Source: the human T2T-CHM13v2.0 reference genome, Homo sapiens. From it: DNA of 64,000 bases. Positions 27,011 to 39,100 of the stretch are shown one piece after another. The stretch is taken from assembly GCF_009914755.1 (NCBI RefSeq), contig NC_060933.1; one strand, 5' to 3'. How positions within the stretch are numbered: the stretch's first letter is position 1; each line of letters starts with the position of its first letter. Under the pieces are notes generated by a model that saw only the letters and a list, made by a program, of their open reading frames with translations, had not been told where the DNA came from and ran no database searches. The position numbers and the translations under genes were made by a program.

Positions 27011-27339
27011 ACTCACAATAGATACACTAGCTGTCAGAACAGAAAAAAAATAGTTTTTCAAAAAAAGGAGGTATCTGCAAGTTTCACTAGATCTTCAGGA
27101 TTGGGGTGTTCTTGGATTGAAAGGACCACATGGGATCACAATTCTGTAGCAGCACAACTTATAAACCTTGATTATGATACATAGATTTAGAGTATTGGAG
27201 GAATCTCATGTTCAAGAATAATAGTCCAATGATAAATTATGGGTGAGAGAAAAACTTTCTCCATCCTTTTACATATCCCTTTGCATGTAGACTTGGTAGT
27301 GGGTGGGGGTGCCTTCAGAAGAGTGAGAAGAACAGAAGT

Positions 27340-27520
27340 CTTAAGAGTCCGAAGTCCTAGTTTCCTTAGTTTCGAATCTGCCTCGAACTAGCTGGGTGAC
27401 CTTGGGCAAGTGATTTATTTTCTCCGGTCCTCTGTTTCCTCATTTAAAAGTTGGACCATAACAATGCTTCTGTTTCATTTGATTGCTGGTAAGTACAATT
27501 AATGTATGAACACCTTGGAA
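27340..27520 (+). mobile_element. MIR
   Basis: ctagctgggtgaccttgggcaagtgattt...tgtttcctcatttaaaa. Confidence 0.75.
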
Positions 27521-28021
27521 GTAAAGGAGGGGAAGTTGGGGATAGAAGTCAGTGGGGAGGGCAGAGAGAAAGGAATTAATAAGAAGCAGGGAGTAAATAA
27601 GGTAGGAGAGACAATGGTACAACAGAACCAGAAATTGGCCTAGAGGCACTGGAGGTGGAGGGACTCTACTTCATCAACAAGGCATTGGGGGGCCTTCTCA
27701 GGGCTATAGTAGAGACAGCTATTTGCCCACCAAAATTTCATTCTCCTTTCTTCTTCACCATCAGACCCCTATATTGTTAGGGTTAGCCACCTTGGGAAGA
27801 GTAAAGGTTCTCAAACCTGTATCTAGGGCCTAGGAAAGCACTTGCATTTTCTAGGCATTCTGCAGACCTTGGAGAATCAGTGCTGTTCAAAGAGCCTTGT
27901 GAACTTCCTTGCAAAAAACTAGTTTGGAACAGAGCTTCAATAATAGCATGAGGCTGGGGCCTCTTTATGGCTTGGGATAGTAAAAGATCTCTTTTTACCT
28001 GTTATCTTCTGGGGAGATATT

Positions 28022-28297
28022 TTCCCTCCTTCCCTCCCTCCCTCCCTTCCTTCCTTCCTTCTCTCTACCTGAAGGAATCTGACCTACATCTTTGTCTACC
28101 AGAATCTTACTCATCATTCAGCACGCCATTCAGATTCCACTTCTTCAGAGAAGCCCTATCTAATGTCCTTCTCCAGAAATATTTGCTTTATCTTCTGAAA
28201 CCTTCTCTGCCCTTCCCTCTTTCCTTCCTTCCTTCCTCCCTCCCTTCCTCCTTCCTCCTTCCTTTCCTCCCTTCCTCTCTCCCTCCCTTCCTTCCTC
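28022..28297. repeat. (CCTT/CCCT)n tract split by a 153-bp duplicated segment
   Basis: Pyrimidine repeats at 28022-28060 and 28212-28297 flank a copy of 26645-26797. Confidence 0.9.
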
Positions 28298-29131
28298 ATA
28301 CAGTCATGTAGTCAGTGTTAAGTAGCAGATAGCAATGCTAAGATTTTCTAAAAGATCTATCATGAAAATAACCTGAGTGTATTCAGGGAGCCCAAGCCAG
28401 CACATTTTAATTTACACTCTTATCTGTGCTCATTGCTGCTGCAGCCTCTTCCTTCTCTTTTTCATTCCGATGATGAATTTTCATCATGCTGTTTATCCCA
28501 AATGAAGAAAGATTTTAAAACACCCAGGTACAGTCTCATCCCTGTGGTCCTGCTTTGCCCCAGCCTGGCCCGGAACAGGGCAGAACATTTGCTCCTCATT
28601 ATCACCTCATCACTCGGTTCCCCTTGTCTGAGTCAGGTCGGGAGGTGGGGCTTGGAGCTGAGCGCAGGAGCTGAAGTGCTAATGAGAAAGTGTTCAAGCA
28701 TGAACCCTGCCCTCTCACTCAGGCCCCATGGAAAATGGTAACACCGTGAGCTCATCTTTCTTCTTACTCCTAAGTTCAAATGGATTTTAATGCAGCTTTT
28801 TTCTGGAGTAAGTAGAATGTAGAGTGCTTTAGTTATAAGCTATAAATTGTCTCTCCCAGGGGAAAGAAAATTAATCAAATATTAGATTGATACAGAAGGT
28901 TATTTTCTCTCTACCAAAAGAAAGACATCATTTACGTCGGGGGAAATATTTCAGAGAACAAAGGCATAGCAGTCAATCTGGTATATAAACCAAGTTTCTG
29001 TTAAACACACATTGGTGGGACACCTGCTATGTGACAAGCTTTAGGCTAGGTGATGAGAATATTTGTACAAATAAATATTTAATATTTATTAAATGCTTTC
29101 TTTAAAACAAGAACCATGAGGTTAGAGCCTT

Positions 29132-29745
29132 TGTGATGGTTTTATACTTTGTTGACTAGGCTAACCTGAAGCCCTGTTTCCCAGGTTCCTTTCCTGGGAC
29201 GGTTCTGGGTTAGGAATGACTGCAAGAGAAATCTGCCTGAGACTTGGAAGGTGGGACAGAAGCCTCAGCAGGTCTGCTCTGGAGGTGGGGTAGGGCACCA
29301 AGGGCTGCTGCAGCTCGTGCAGTCCTGACTGATCTGCCACTCACCTTGTCAGCATGGGGCAGCAGTGGAACCTGCAGGTCCTCCGAATCCCACACAATCT
29401 CCCCTTTCTGCCTCCTGAACCAGATGCACGTGTGTCTCTGTGGTGAGGGAACCTGCATCTTTGAGGTAGAGGTGATGAGAGACAGATGTGGGTTGCAGTT
29501 TGCCCAGTGGGTTCAGGTTTATGAATTCTGTTTCCTCTCTGTCTTCACTTTGCATCCTGACCACTGGCCCTGCTGACCTATAGTCACTACACAGGCTCTA
29601 CCAGCTCCTACTGGAGTCCCTCTTGGTGACTCTTCTCTGATGCTGCAGATATCCCCTTTGGGACTTCTACTTCACTAGTTTCTCCCACAGCTGTGCAAGG
29701 TGTAATCTGTATAATAAATCCCTTGTTCACATCACTCATATGGCA
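29132..29745 (+). mobile_element. ERVL-class LTR relic (family uncertain)
   Basis: Starts tgtgatggtt; has aataaatccctt poly(A) signal near the 3' end; followed by MaLR-internal-like sequence to ~31000. Confidence 0.45.
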
Positions 29746-29885
29746 TTGGTTTGGGGACTGACAGCAGCTTGAAAAGTCTCATGGAGACTAGTTGTGAAGA
29801 CTTGAAGGACAGTCAGGAAGCTGATTTTGGAGGCTGGAGAAAGGGCAACTCGAGTATATGGTGGTGAAAAGTTTGGGAACACAGT

Positions 29886-30249
29886 TGTATTAGTCTGTTC
29901 TCAAGCTGCTAACAAAGACATACCCGAGACTGGGTAATTTATAAAGGAAAGTGGTTTAATCGAGTCACAGTTCTGCATGGCTGGGGAGGTCTCACAATCA
30001 TGGTGGAAGGCACAGTGGTGCAAATCACATCTTACATGGTGGCAGGGAAGAGAGAGCTTGTGCAGGGGAACTTGTCTTTATTAAACCAACGGATCTCATG
30101 AGACTTATTCACTATCATGAGAACAGCATGGGAAAGACCCACCCACCTGATTCAATTACCTTCTACTGGGTCCCTCCTATGACACGTGAAAATTGTGGGA
30201 GCTACAATTCAAGATGAGATTTGAGTGGGAACATAGCCAAACCATACCA
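29886..30249 (-). mobile_element. THE1 solo LTR (ERVL-MaLR)
   Basis: tgtattagtctgttctc...gagactgggtaatttataaagg...gccaaaccatacca; 5-bp TSD acagt at 29881-29885 and 30250-30254. Confidence 0.92.
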
Positions 30250-31059
30250 ACAGTTAACTAGAATAATGTAAACAATAGCAAATATATCTAGTGAACTGGT
30301 AGATTTGGTTAAGAAGATTTCCAGGAAAAATATGGAAAATGCCAACTGGTTTATTTTAGCAATGTATAATAACAAGGTAGAGATAGAAAGAGATGGGCTT
30401 AAAAGGAAACTATTATATTTTCAAGCACAGTTTAGAAGCAATATAGAGGGCCCAGGCAAAAGCCAGCAAAAGGACTTCAAAGTGAAAAATGGTCTCAGGG
30501 AGAAGATCAAACTCAGGGCAGTAAAACATAGTCTTAGAGTAAAATAAAAGTCCAGGGCGTGACTGTGAAACCCGATGTTGAGAACTCCGAAGTACGTAAT
30601 TAATTGTGTGTCTTGTGGACATCAGGAAGAGACAATAGTGCTTCTAAGAATCGTAGTGGTATGCCTCTTACACATGTGCTTGACAGCAGAACTTCTAAGA
30701 CTTTGAAGGGCTTTGTCCTGCAGTGGCCTCACACCTGGCACAAGATAGAAGATGGCCTATCTCAGAAAGAAATCTAGATGTGGCATTTGCCCAGTGGAGT
30801 GGAATATAGTTTGAAACATAAAAAAAATATATATTTTAAAAGGAATTGTATTAAATTGAAGTGAAATGAACAGAGATAATTCAAAATGAAAAGAGGCCTG
30901 TGGGTCTTTCAACTTCTGTGGGCAGGAAGTAGGCTGAGAAAGCTACTCAGCTGTAGATGCAAACCAATTCTAATTGAAAAGGAAGATGACTGGAGCGTGG
31001 AGTTGAGAGCCCAGAGGCAGAGTCAAGAGCGGCCTTGTGGGCTTACAGCTCTCCCTTGC

Positions 31060-31412
31060 CAGGACCATGCAGATGCTCAGCCCATTCAGGAGAGCCAGGA
31101 AGTGCTGCAGACTTAACGCACTGAAAGGCAACCCTCAAATGATAAGGAACAGGAATCAGTGATAAATATGCCAGTTTCCATTTTTCCCGGTAAGCATATT
31201 CTTCATGGTTTCTCAAGGGCTTCCCTGTGGGAATGAGCCATAGTTGTAGAAAGTAGTTACCTCCTCATGAACATACTTCACTGGCTTTTCTCACTTTACT
31301 ACCTCACTTTCACTATTTCTTTATTTGTGCTTCCTGGGGACCATCCCCCAAATGGGCCACCTGCAGCCCATCCTTGTGTCAGGGCTTTCCTTTGGAGGAA
31401 TCTAAATTGAAA
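31060..31412 (+). mobile_element. LTR16-like ERVL LTR relic
   Basis: tgcttcctggggaccatcccc...ccttgtgtcagggctttcctttggaggaatctaaattgaaa resembles the LTR16 3' end. Confidence 0.55.
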
Positions 31413-33649
31413 CCAGGAGGAAATGATTACCTCTGACTAGGAATGTGTGAGGATGTATCTGAAAAGGGTTATCAAGGACTAAGAAACTTTTACCATGCCA
31501 GCAGGATGGGCCGGGTGTGGTTGGCATTGGTAGCAGAGGGACAGCATGTGTCAATGCCTGGAGGTGGGAGAAGGGATGCTCAATTTGGAGAACTGCTAGC
31601 TGACTATATTGCTAGACAATATAAAGCCTTTGTGTGGAATAGAAAAATATACCCCTTTCTGGGTGAATCCAGCTTCCTGAGCATAGAGTGAATTTGTCTG
31701 AATTAGAAAAACTTGCTTAGAGAGAAATAGGCACCCCTTCCTCCAGAAGCTGCCGCCTATTACCAGAAATCAAGGCTTGGCAAGTGGAGGTGGGTGGGAT
31801 TTCCACTTCCTCTTGACTCTTGGCCAAGTCCCTGTGTGTGACGTGAGGAGATGAGATATGATAGGTAGGCAGGGCTGATAATGAGATGGGCTTATGGGTC
31901 ATGCCAAGAGAGGTATCCTGTAAGTAATGGGGATCTGTGGAAATGTTTTAAGGGGGTGACTGGCATCACCAGATTTGTGCATTAAGAAGATTATTATGTC
32001 TGATGAGGATAGAGGAGCTTTGGTTTGGGGTCACCATTGAAGGCAATGGTGATGAGGGCTTGAAATCAGTAATATCTTTGGGGATGGGAAGGAATGGGAT
32101 GTATTTTGTAGAAAGGGGGAAGATTCAGTGAGTAGGCATTGGTGACTGACTGGTTAGGGGTAGGGAGCTAGGGGTAAAGATGAAGGGGAATGTAGCTGAT
32201 GTTTTTAACAGTAGTGTTCACTTCAAATTCCACTTGATCCCTACATTTCCCAGCCCCTGGCAGTTAGGTGAGTTTCTGAGGCTAATTTTATCTTATGGGC
32301 GATAGTTAGAAGTGATGTATAAAATATTTATTAGCCTTCCACTGAACGATGATGCAAACGTAGTTAAATGAAAAATAAACCATTTCAGTAAGGCCATTGT
32401 GGTTTGCTATCACAGCATAGACTAGACTACCCTGAGTGACCAGGAGTCCTCAGGATGATGAGGCACATACAGAAGAAAGAATCAAATAATCAAGGCAAGT
32501 GAGCGGCCCAAAGTGGGAGAGAGACAGCCGCTGCTGCTGGATGCAGGGAGGGGGAGATGAGTGAGTAGAGAGCTAGGTTTAAGGTTCCCGCGGTGGCAGT
32601 AAGGAGAAGGAAGCTCACTGGGACACACTACACTCCAGCAGGAAAACCAAGCTTAACATATGTGTGGCTACAAGACTGTAGAAAGTCACCGAGAACTAAG
32701 AAATAGAGCGTAAGCCTGATACACATTTGCCCCAATAAAGACAGAATGAACATGAATCCCATGCAAATTAGGCAAGACAGATTTGTCACGGCTAGGTCAG
32801 ACATTTAAAATTTCTTCCAGGTCATCTGTCCCATATCCCCAAAGATAGGTTTCTGGATACTCAAGTGAGAACTGCCTGCATAGGCTAGGGGTAGAAAGGG
32901 GTAGTAGTGCTCGGATGCAGAAAGACTGAGAATGGAGCTGTTCTTTTTAATGTACCTTTTATTCCTTCTCCCCATCACCAGTCCTCCCCTCAACATAAGC
33001 ACATACACAGCACACACATACACATAATCACACTCACACACGCTCCTCTACCACTTCCTCCACCTCCCAGTCAGCAACACAGAGCTCCGGCCACAAAAGA
33101 GCACAGAGATCAATGTCTTGAATTCCTTCACTCATGTGAGTAATCACTTTATAGGAAAGCATGGAAAGGCAGGAGATTTTCCCTGGAGGGGCATGTTTGC
33201 TAATCAGATGTTAACAGAAGATTCTCCAGAATTTGTAGTCTATGTGTTTATTTAGCGCCTGGATGTATGGCTGCATCAGCGCTAACTTTCCTCACTTGGG
33301 TTGTCTCTCAGCTTCATTCCCACTCCTGTGAACATGCGAACACCCGGCTCCCCAGTACTATGGAGGCTATTAAATTAGTCTAGACAGCAGGTGGGCACTA
33401 AAGAAATTGGAAAACAACAGCTGATCTCAGTCACAGTGCACTGTGGACTCCTGTGAAGGGGATGTGAGATATTGACTCTATCATGAGAGCCCATTCAACA
33501 GGGGGCCATCTTCCCCCACTCAGCCCCAGAAACACCAGCTCCAAACCATCTCTTACAAGTGGGAGAAAGGAGTGCTTGGCTCCATTATCAATGCCTCAGC
33601 ATCATCTCTACATGGAGTTGTCCAGCCTCTGAAGGCTGTCTTGGGCAGT

Positions 33650-33650
33650 A

Positions 33651-33692
<42 letters not shown>

Positions 33693-33706
33693 GGTGTGTG
33701 TGTGTG
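33650..33706. repeat. (TG)n microsatellite
   Basis: Seen directly. Confidence 0.95.
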
Positions 33707-34479
33707 CATATTAGGGATGGTTATAAACGGATAATTTTTTCTCCTTTTGGCATCACAATTGAGGTTCAATTTTACAAGAATGTAGGTGGGAATGAGTGAG
33801 GACAGAAGAAAAGAAATAACAAAAAGAGCTAAACTTTGTTGAGTTTCCACTTATAAGCCAGACACTGTGCATTACCTGCAATGCTTACCTGTAAAGTTTC
33901 ACTTAGTTTTCCTAACAGCCCCATGATGTAAGCACTATAATTTACATGCGTTTACAGAGGAGAAGGCCTGATTAGTAGTTGAACCTCAGCAATCTCACTC
34001 CAGAGCATGTACTTTTCACTTCTATGTTGGCAAGCAGCTAAAATGGCGAGGAGATCGCAGAAAATAAAGAAGTGCCTTGAGTGAGCCACTGTTAATGGGC
34101 AGGGAGAAACTAGATCCTAGTCCAGGGAAAACACCAAGCAGCACCTGGAAAGTTTAGCTGAACTGACTGAAGACAACTGCTGCAGCCTTTGGTTTTTTGA
34201 CTCAGAAGAAGGATGTAGATAAGGGCTTGCTGGCTCTGCAGAAATGATTCTGCCCCTAAACTCTCTGCTTACTGAAGATAGTTTCCTTGGATTAGTTGGC
34301 TGGGGAGAGGAGATAATTTTCCAAGACTCTTCAGAATGGCTGGCTTGGAAGAAGATGAAACTGGACCAGCAGCTGTAGAAGCATGGGGAACAGTTGTAGG
34401 GGCCATGGAGAGCCTGGTCCTGTTCGCATTTTGTAGTTATTTGCTCTTATGGGCATCCAGCTCCTAGTAGTAAATACGA

Positions 34480-34760
34480 TAATAGTAGTAAGGCTACTAT
34501 GTGTATAGTGCTTTCTCAGATGCTGAGCACTAAGAATGTCCTTTTTATGGCAAGAACTATGTGTGTATTGTTGAGTGTTTCACTCATACTTAATCCTGAC
34601 AATAACGCTATGAGGCAGGTATTGTTGGTATTATTTCTACACTATAGATGAGGCAACTGAGGCATAGAAAGGTTAAATGACTTGCCCAAGGTCGCCTTGC
34701 TAGAGAGAGGCAGGCTGCTAGGGTAGTCTAGCACTAGAATCCAAGCCTTTCACCACTGCA
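34480..34760 (-). mobile_element. MIR carrying a 37-bp insert
   Basis: tatagatgaggcaactgaggcatagaaaggttaaatgacttgcccaaggtc MIR core. Confidence 0.8.
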
Positions 34761-34836
34761 AGCCACCTTCATGGGCTTGTCTTCTGAGAGATGTCACAGA
34801 TGCTAGTGGATGTGAAGTCTTTGCATCTAGCTAAAG

Positions 34837-35161
34837 AGCTGGGTACAGTGGCTCATGCCTGTAATTCCAGCACTTTGGGAGGCTGAGGTGGGCAGATCCC
34901 TTGAGCCCAGGAGTTCCAGACCAGCAATGGGCAACATGACAAAACCCCGTCTCTACAAAAAACAAATACCTGGGCTTGGTGGCACATACCTCAAGTCTAA
35001 CTACTTGGAGGCTGAGGTGGGAGGATTGCTTGAGCCTGGGAGATCTAGGCTACAGTGAGCTATGATTGTGTGATGGCACTGCAGCCTGGGTGACAGAGTG
35101 AGACCTCATCTCAACAAACAAACAAAAAAATGGACAACAACAACAACAACAACAACAACAA
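34837..35161 (+). mobile_element. AluJ with (CAA)n tail
   Basis: J diagnostics; TSD aagagct on both sides. Confidence 0.92.
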
Positions 35162-35761
35162 GAGCTATTCACATGAGGAGAGGAAACATTGGTTTTGCAT
35201 TTAAGTCAACAAGAATATTGCTGAAATAGGGCATGACACATGAGTGGAGCGTTGTGGCCCGAGCTCTCCATGGTTCCTGGGGATCCTCATGTGTGAGTAA
35301 TCTCTGCTTTCTGGAAAAGTCTAGTTCCTTTCTTTCAAGATTCTACTCTGGTGGCTGTCAGAAGACGTAACTTCCTTTGGACCAAATGGGCAACACATAT
35401 TGCCAGTTTGGAGCAATGTCATGATTCAGCTTTAAATGCACCATCCTGCTGCACTGCTCTGAGTCTCCAACCCCCATTCTCTGCCCTGCCGGGGAATTCA
35501 TTCAGGCATAGAAGCCCGAGAGGCTGAATGGCTGAGTCCCATCTGATCTGTGCCATGGGAGGTATGGGGCTCACCTCCAAGGGAGAAGGTTCAGGGTAGC
35601 ATTGCAGCGACCCTGGTGCACCAGGGAAGTAAAAAGGAGTGTATGAAACAAAAGGTCTCCTGTGGGAAGAGGAGCAGAGGGGCAGGGTGAGCTCCCCAGA
35701 GCTTAGGCAAGCTCACTTTAGGTGGAAAGATACCTCTATGCCACTATCCATGGAACAGGAA

Positions 35762-35980
35762 GGGAACTAACACTTCACTGAATGTCCTTTTTATGGCAAG
35801 AAACATGTATGTATTGTCTCATCCGATATTCTCAACTCCTGTGTGAGGATAGTATTTTGTTGTTCTTACTATATATAAAGAAACTGGAAGTCAGAAGTTA
35901 AGAAGCATATCTAAGAATGCCCAGATAAATAAGGGAAGAGCTGGAATTTCAGATCACTTCAGCTTGCCTTGCCTTTAAAG
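35762..35980 (-). mobile_element. MIR
   Basis: ctaacacttcactgaatg...gtgtgaggatagtatt...aaactggaagtcagaagttaag. Confidence 0.6.
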
Positions 35981-36006
35981 CCTACAGTTGACTGTAGATG
36001 CTAACT

Positions 36007-36253
36007 CAGTGCAGCCCACTGGACTGTACATGTAAACCAGTGCATCCACTTCTCTGTGCAGGTAAGCCAGGGCACCCCACCACTCTGTGCAGGTAAACCA
36101 GGGCACCCCACCACTCTGTGCAGGTAAGCCAAGGCACCCCACCACTCTGTACAGGTAAGCCAGGGGACCCCACTGCTTTGTGCAAGTAAGCCAGTGCTCC
36201 CCGCCACTCCGTGCAGGTAAGCCAGGGGACCCCGCCGCTCTGTGCGGGTAAGC
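36007..36253. repeat. 31-bp minisatellite, 8 units
   Basis: Consensus cagggcaccccaccactctgtgcaggtaagc; units start at 36007, 36038, 36068, 36099, 36130, 36161, 36192, 36223. Confidence 0.95.
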
Positions 36254-36340
36254 TGGTCTTGAACTCCTGGCCTCAAATGATCCTCCTGCCTCAACCTCCT
36301 AAAATGCTGGGATTACAGGCATAAGCCACTGCCCCTGACC
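36251..36340 (-). mobile_element. Alu left-arm 5' fragment
   Basis: gctggtcttgaactcctggcctcaaatgatcctcctgcctc...gattacaggcataagccact. Confidence 0.9.
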
Positions 36341-36699
36341 CAACTAGGTTTTCTTAACCTGGGTTTCATTGCTGTCTTCAACATCACCAGGAACCCTGTA
36401 AAATTGAAGGTAAAATTCTGTATATTTTTTTGAACAGAAGGTTCATTATAGTCAGATGTGCTGAGACACCTCCGATTAAAACAGTTTAAGAACCTCAGCA
36501 GTATATGTTTTGACAACTTTTCTGAGCTCATTTAAGATCCTTATAAGCAAAAGAGGTTGATTGATTTATAGATACATTTTTGGTTGTATGTGTGTGTTTG
36601 TATGTGTGCATATATATTGGTAGGTTTGGAGAAGTGCAAAATACTACACAAACTACTCAAGGTGTTCAAAACATTTAGCTCACATTACTTAATAAAAAA

Positions 36700-37600
36700 T
36701 TATATCCAGTGGAAAAAAATCTAATTAGAAAAAAAGCAAAACATGAACCAACATTTCACTGAAGAAGATATACAGATGGCAATAAGCACATAAAAAGATA
36801 TCCGACATCATTGGCCATTAGGGAAATGCAAATTAAAACCACAATGAGATATCACTACACACCTACCATAATGCCTAACACTAAAAGGAGTGAGACTACA
36901 GAGAGACTGGATCAGTAATTCTTTGCTGGGAAATGAAAATGGATACAGCCATTCTACAAAACTGGCATTTTCTTATGCGACTAAACATGCAATTACCATA
37001 CAACCTGGTGATTGCACTCTTGTGCACTTATCCCAGAGAAACTAAAACATATGTTCGTACAAAAACCTGTACAAGAACGTCAACAGTAGCTTCATTCATA
37101 ATAGTTCCAAACTAGAAACCATCCAGATATCCTTCAATAGGTGAGTGATGAAACAAATTGTGGTACATCCTTACTATGGAATATTACTCAGCAATTGAAA
37201 ATATGAAACTATTAATAAACGCAACAAGTTGGATGACTCTCCTGGAAATTTCATTGAGTGAAAAAAGGCCAATCTTAAAGGTTCCATACAGTATAGTTCC
37301 ACATATATAACATTCTGGACATGACAAAAACTATAGAAATGAACGGATTAGTGGTTACCCAGGGTTAAGGATGGAGTAGGAGTGTGTGTGACTATAAAAG
37401 GGGATTATGACAATCCTTGTGGTAATGGCAGTGTTCTGTATCTTGACAGAGTCAATGTCAAGATCCTGGTTATCGTATGGTACTATTGCAAAACATCACT
37501 GTTGGGGGAAACTGAATAAAGTGTAGACAGGCTCTCTTTGTATTATTTCTTATAACTGCATGTTAATCTATAATTATCTCAAAATAAAAAGTTAAAAAAA
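36700..37600 (+). mobile_element. L1M (MC/MD-like) 3' fragment
   Basis: gggaaatgcaaattaaaaccacaatgagatatcact...; 3' end aattatctcaaaataaaaagttaaaaaaa. Confidence 0.88.
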
Positions 37601-37936
37601 TTTTATCCACCCAAAAAGGAGAAAGTTTTACCACCCTCAGGGATATTACAAAGAATGTGCTCTGTAAGGAGAGTTACATAAGTGACGGGGGCAGGAGTGG
37701 CAATACCAGGACAGTGTACAGGCCCCCCAGGGACTCTGGGAAAGGGTCACTAATCATCTGGGTATAGCAGCTGTGATCTGCTGGTTAAGTAGTCAACCTC
37801 ATCACCTAGCATGACGCTGTGTAAGAGAGAAGAATATGGGATCTCATGCACTGTTTCAACAGACTACCGTCAAGTAATGTCATTGAATACTGATAGTATT
37901 TACCTGGAGTTAGTGTCAGGTCCCACAAATTGAAGG

Positions 37937-38416
37937 TGCAAGGTTAGCCGAGACAAAGGAAAAATAGACCCAAAGTCAGGCAAGCAAGTTTTATTAATCT
38001 TCTCGCTGCCTCCATAAACAGTCAAGGGAAGCAGCCCCAAGCTTACAGAATGAGGGGTTTATTTTGGGGAGGAGCGTTTGAGGGAGTTCTTTGCAATGGC
38101 CGCATCCTGGGGTTGTTTGCTGGTTAATTTCGCCACATATCACCTTGTGACGTTTATTACAGGAGGGTGTAGGTGAAGTTTGTTTATGCTTCCCATGACC
38201 TCCCCGATGCGGTCCGGATGGTTTGTAATTGGGGTTTGCTTATTGCAGCAAGGTCTGATAAGTGAAGTCTGCTGGCTTTACCGGGGCACCTAGATAAGGG
38301 CTTAGAACAGCAAAGAGGCTTGAGGGAAGGGTGGGCGGCACGGAAAAGTTGCAGAGCATTAGGGGGAGGGGTGGGCAGCAGTAAGAAGCTTTTTTGGGGG
38401 CAGTTTGTCCCTAACA
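37937..38416 (-). mobile_element. 480-bp solo LTR (probably ERV1 class; family not identified)
   Basis: TG...CA ends, 5-bp TSD gaagg (37932-37936, 38417-38421), antisense AATAAA near 37990, several retained CpGs. Confidence 0.85.
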
Positions 38417-38912
38417 GAAGGGCTCAGTCCCACAAGACTGCCTCCACTTCAGATGCCAACTGCAAGTCTAAGTTTTCCATGTTTCTGACTGACTGATTAT
38501 AAATCGGAGATTTCTATGATCCCCTCTTTGGGTTCAATAATGTGCTAGAATGGCTTACAGAACTCAGGAAATGCTTCAATTATGTTTACTGGTTTATTAG
38601 ATACAGCTCAGGAACAGCCAGGTAGGAGAGATGCATAGGGCAAAGTATGGGGGTGGCGCACAGATGTGGAGCTTCCATGCCCCCTCTGGGCAAGCCACCC
38701 TCCCAGCATCTCTTTGTGTTCACCAACTCTCTTTGTTCAAGAGTTTTTCTAGAGCTTAATTTCCAGCTAGCCAGTTCCGAGCTCAGGTCGGTAGGTGGCG
38801 CTGAAACTGATTAACTTGGTTTTTCTGGTGACTAGCCCCATCCTGAGGCTGTCTAGGAGTCGCATTCTAAGTCACCTCATTAGCATAAAGTTAGGTGGCA
38901 GTCAAAGGGTGG

Positions 38913-39100
38913 TTTTTTTTTTTTTTTTTTTTTTGTAGCCCAGGCTGTAGTGAAGTGGCATGATTATAGCTCATGCCTCCAACTCCTGGGCCAAAAAATA
39001 TTGGAAGTAAATATTGCCTCCAATTCCTGGGCTCAAGCTATCTTCCTACCTCAGCCTCCTGAGTAGCTGGGACTACAGGTGTAAGTCACCATCCTCAGCT
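38913..39100 (-). mobile_element. Alu right-arm fragment
   Basis: Poly-T then gcccaggctgtagtgaagtggcatgat...gagtagctgggactacagg. Confidence 0.85.

Noticed and set aside
36007-36253. CRISPR-like array or SVA/LAVA element
   Set aside because: Units are head-to-tail with no unique spacers and the DNA is primate; there is no CCCTCT hexamer, SVA-type VNTR or SINE-R
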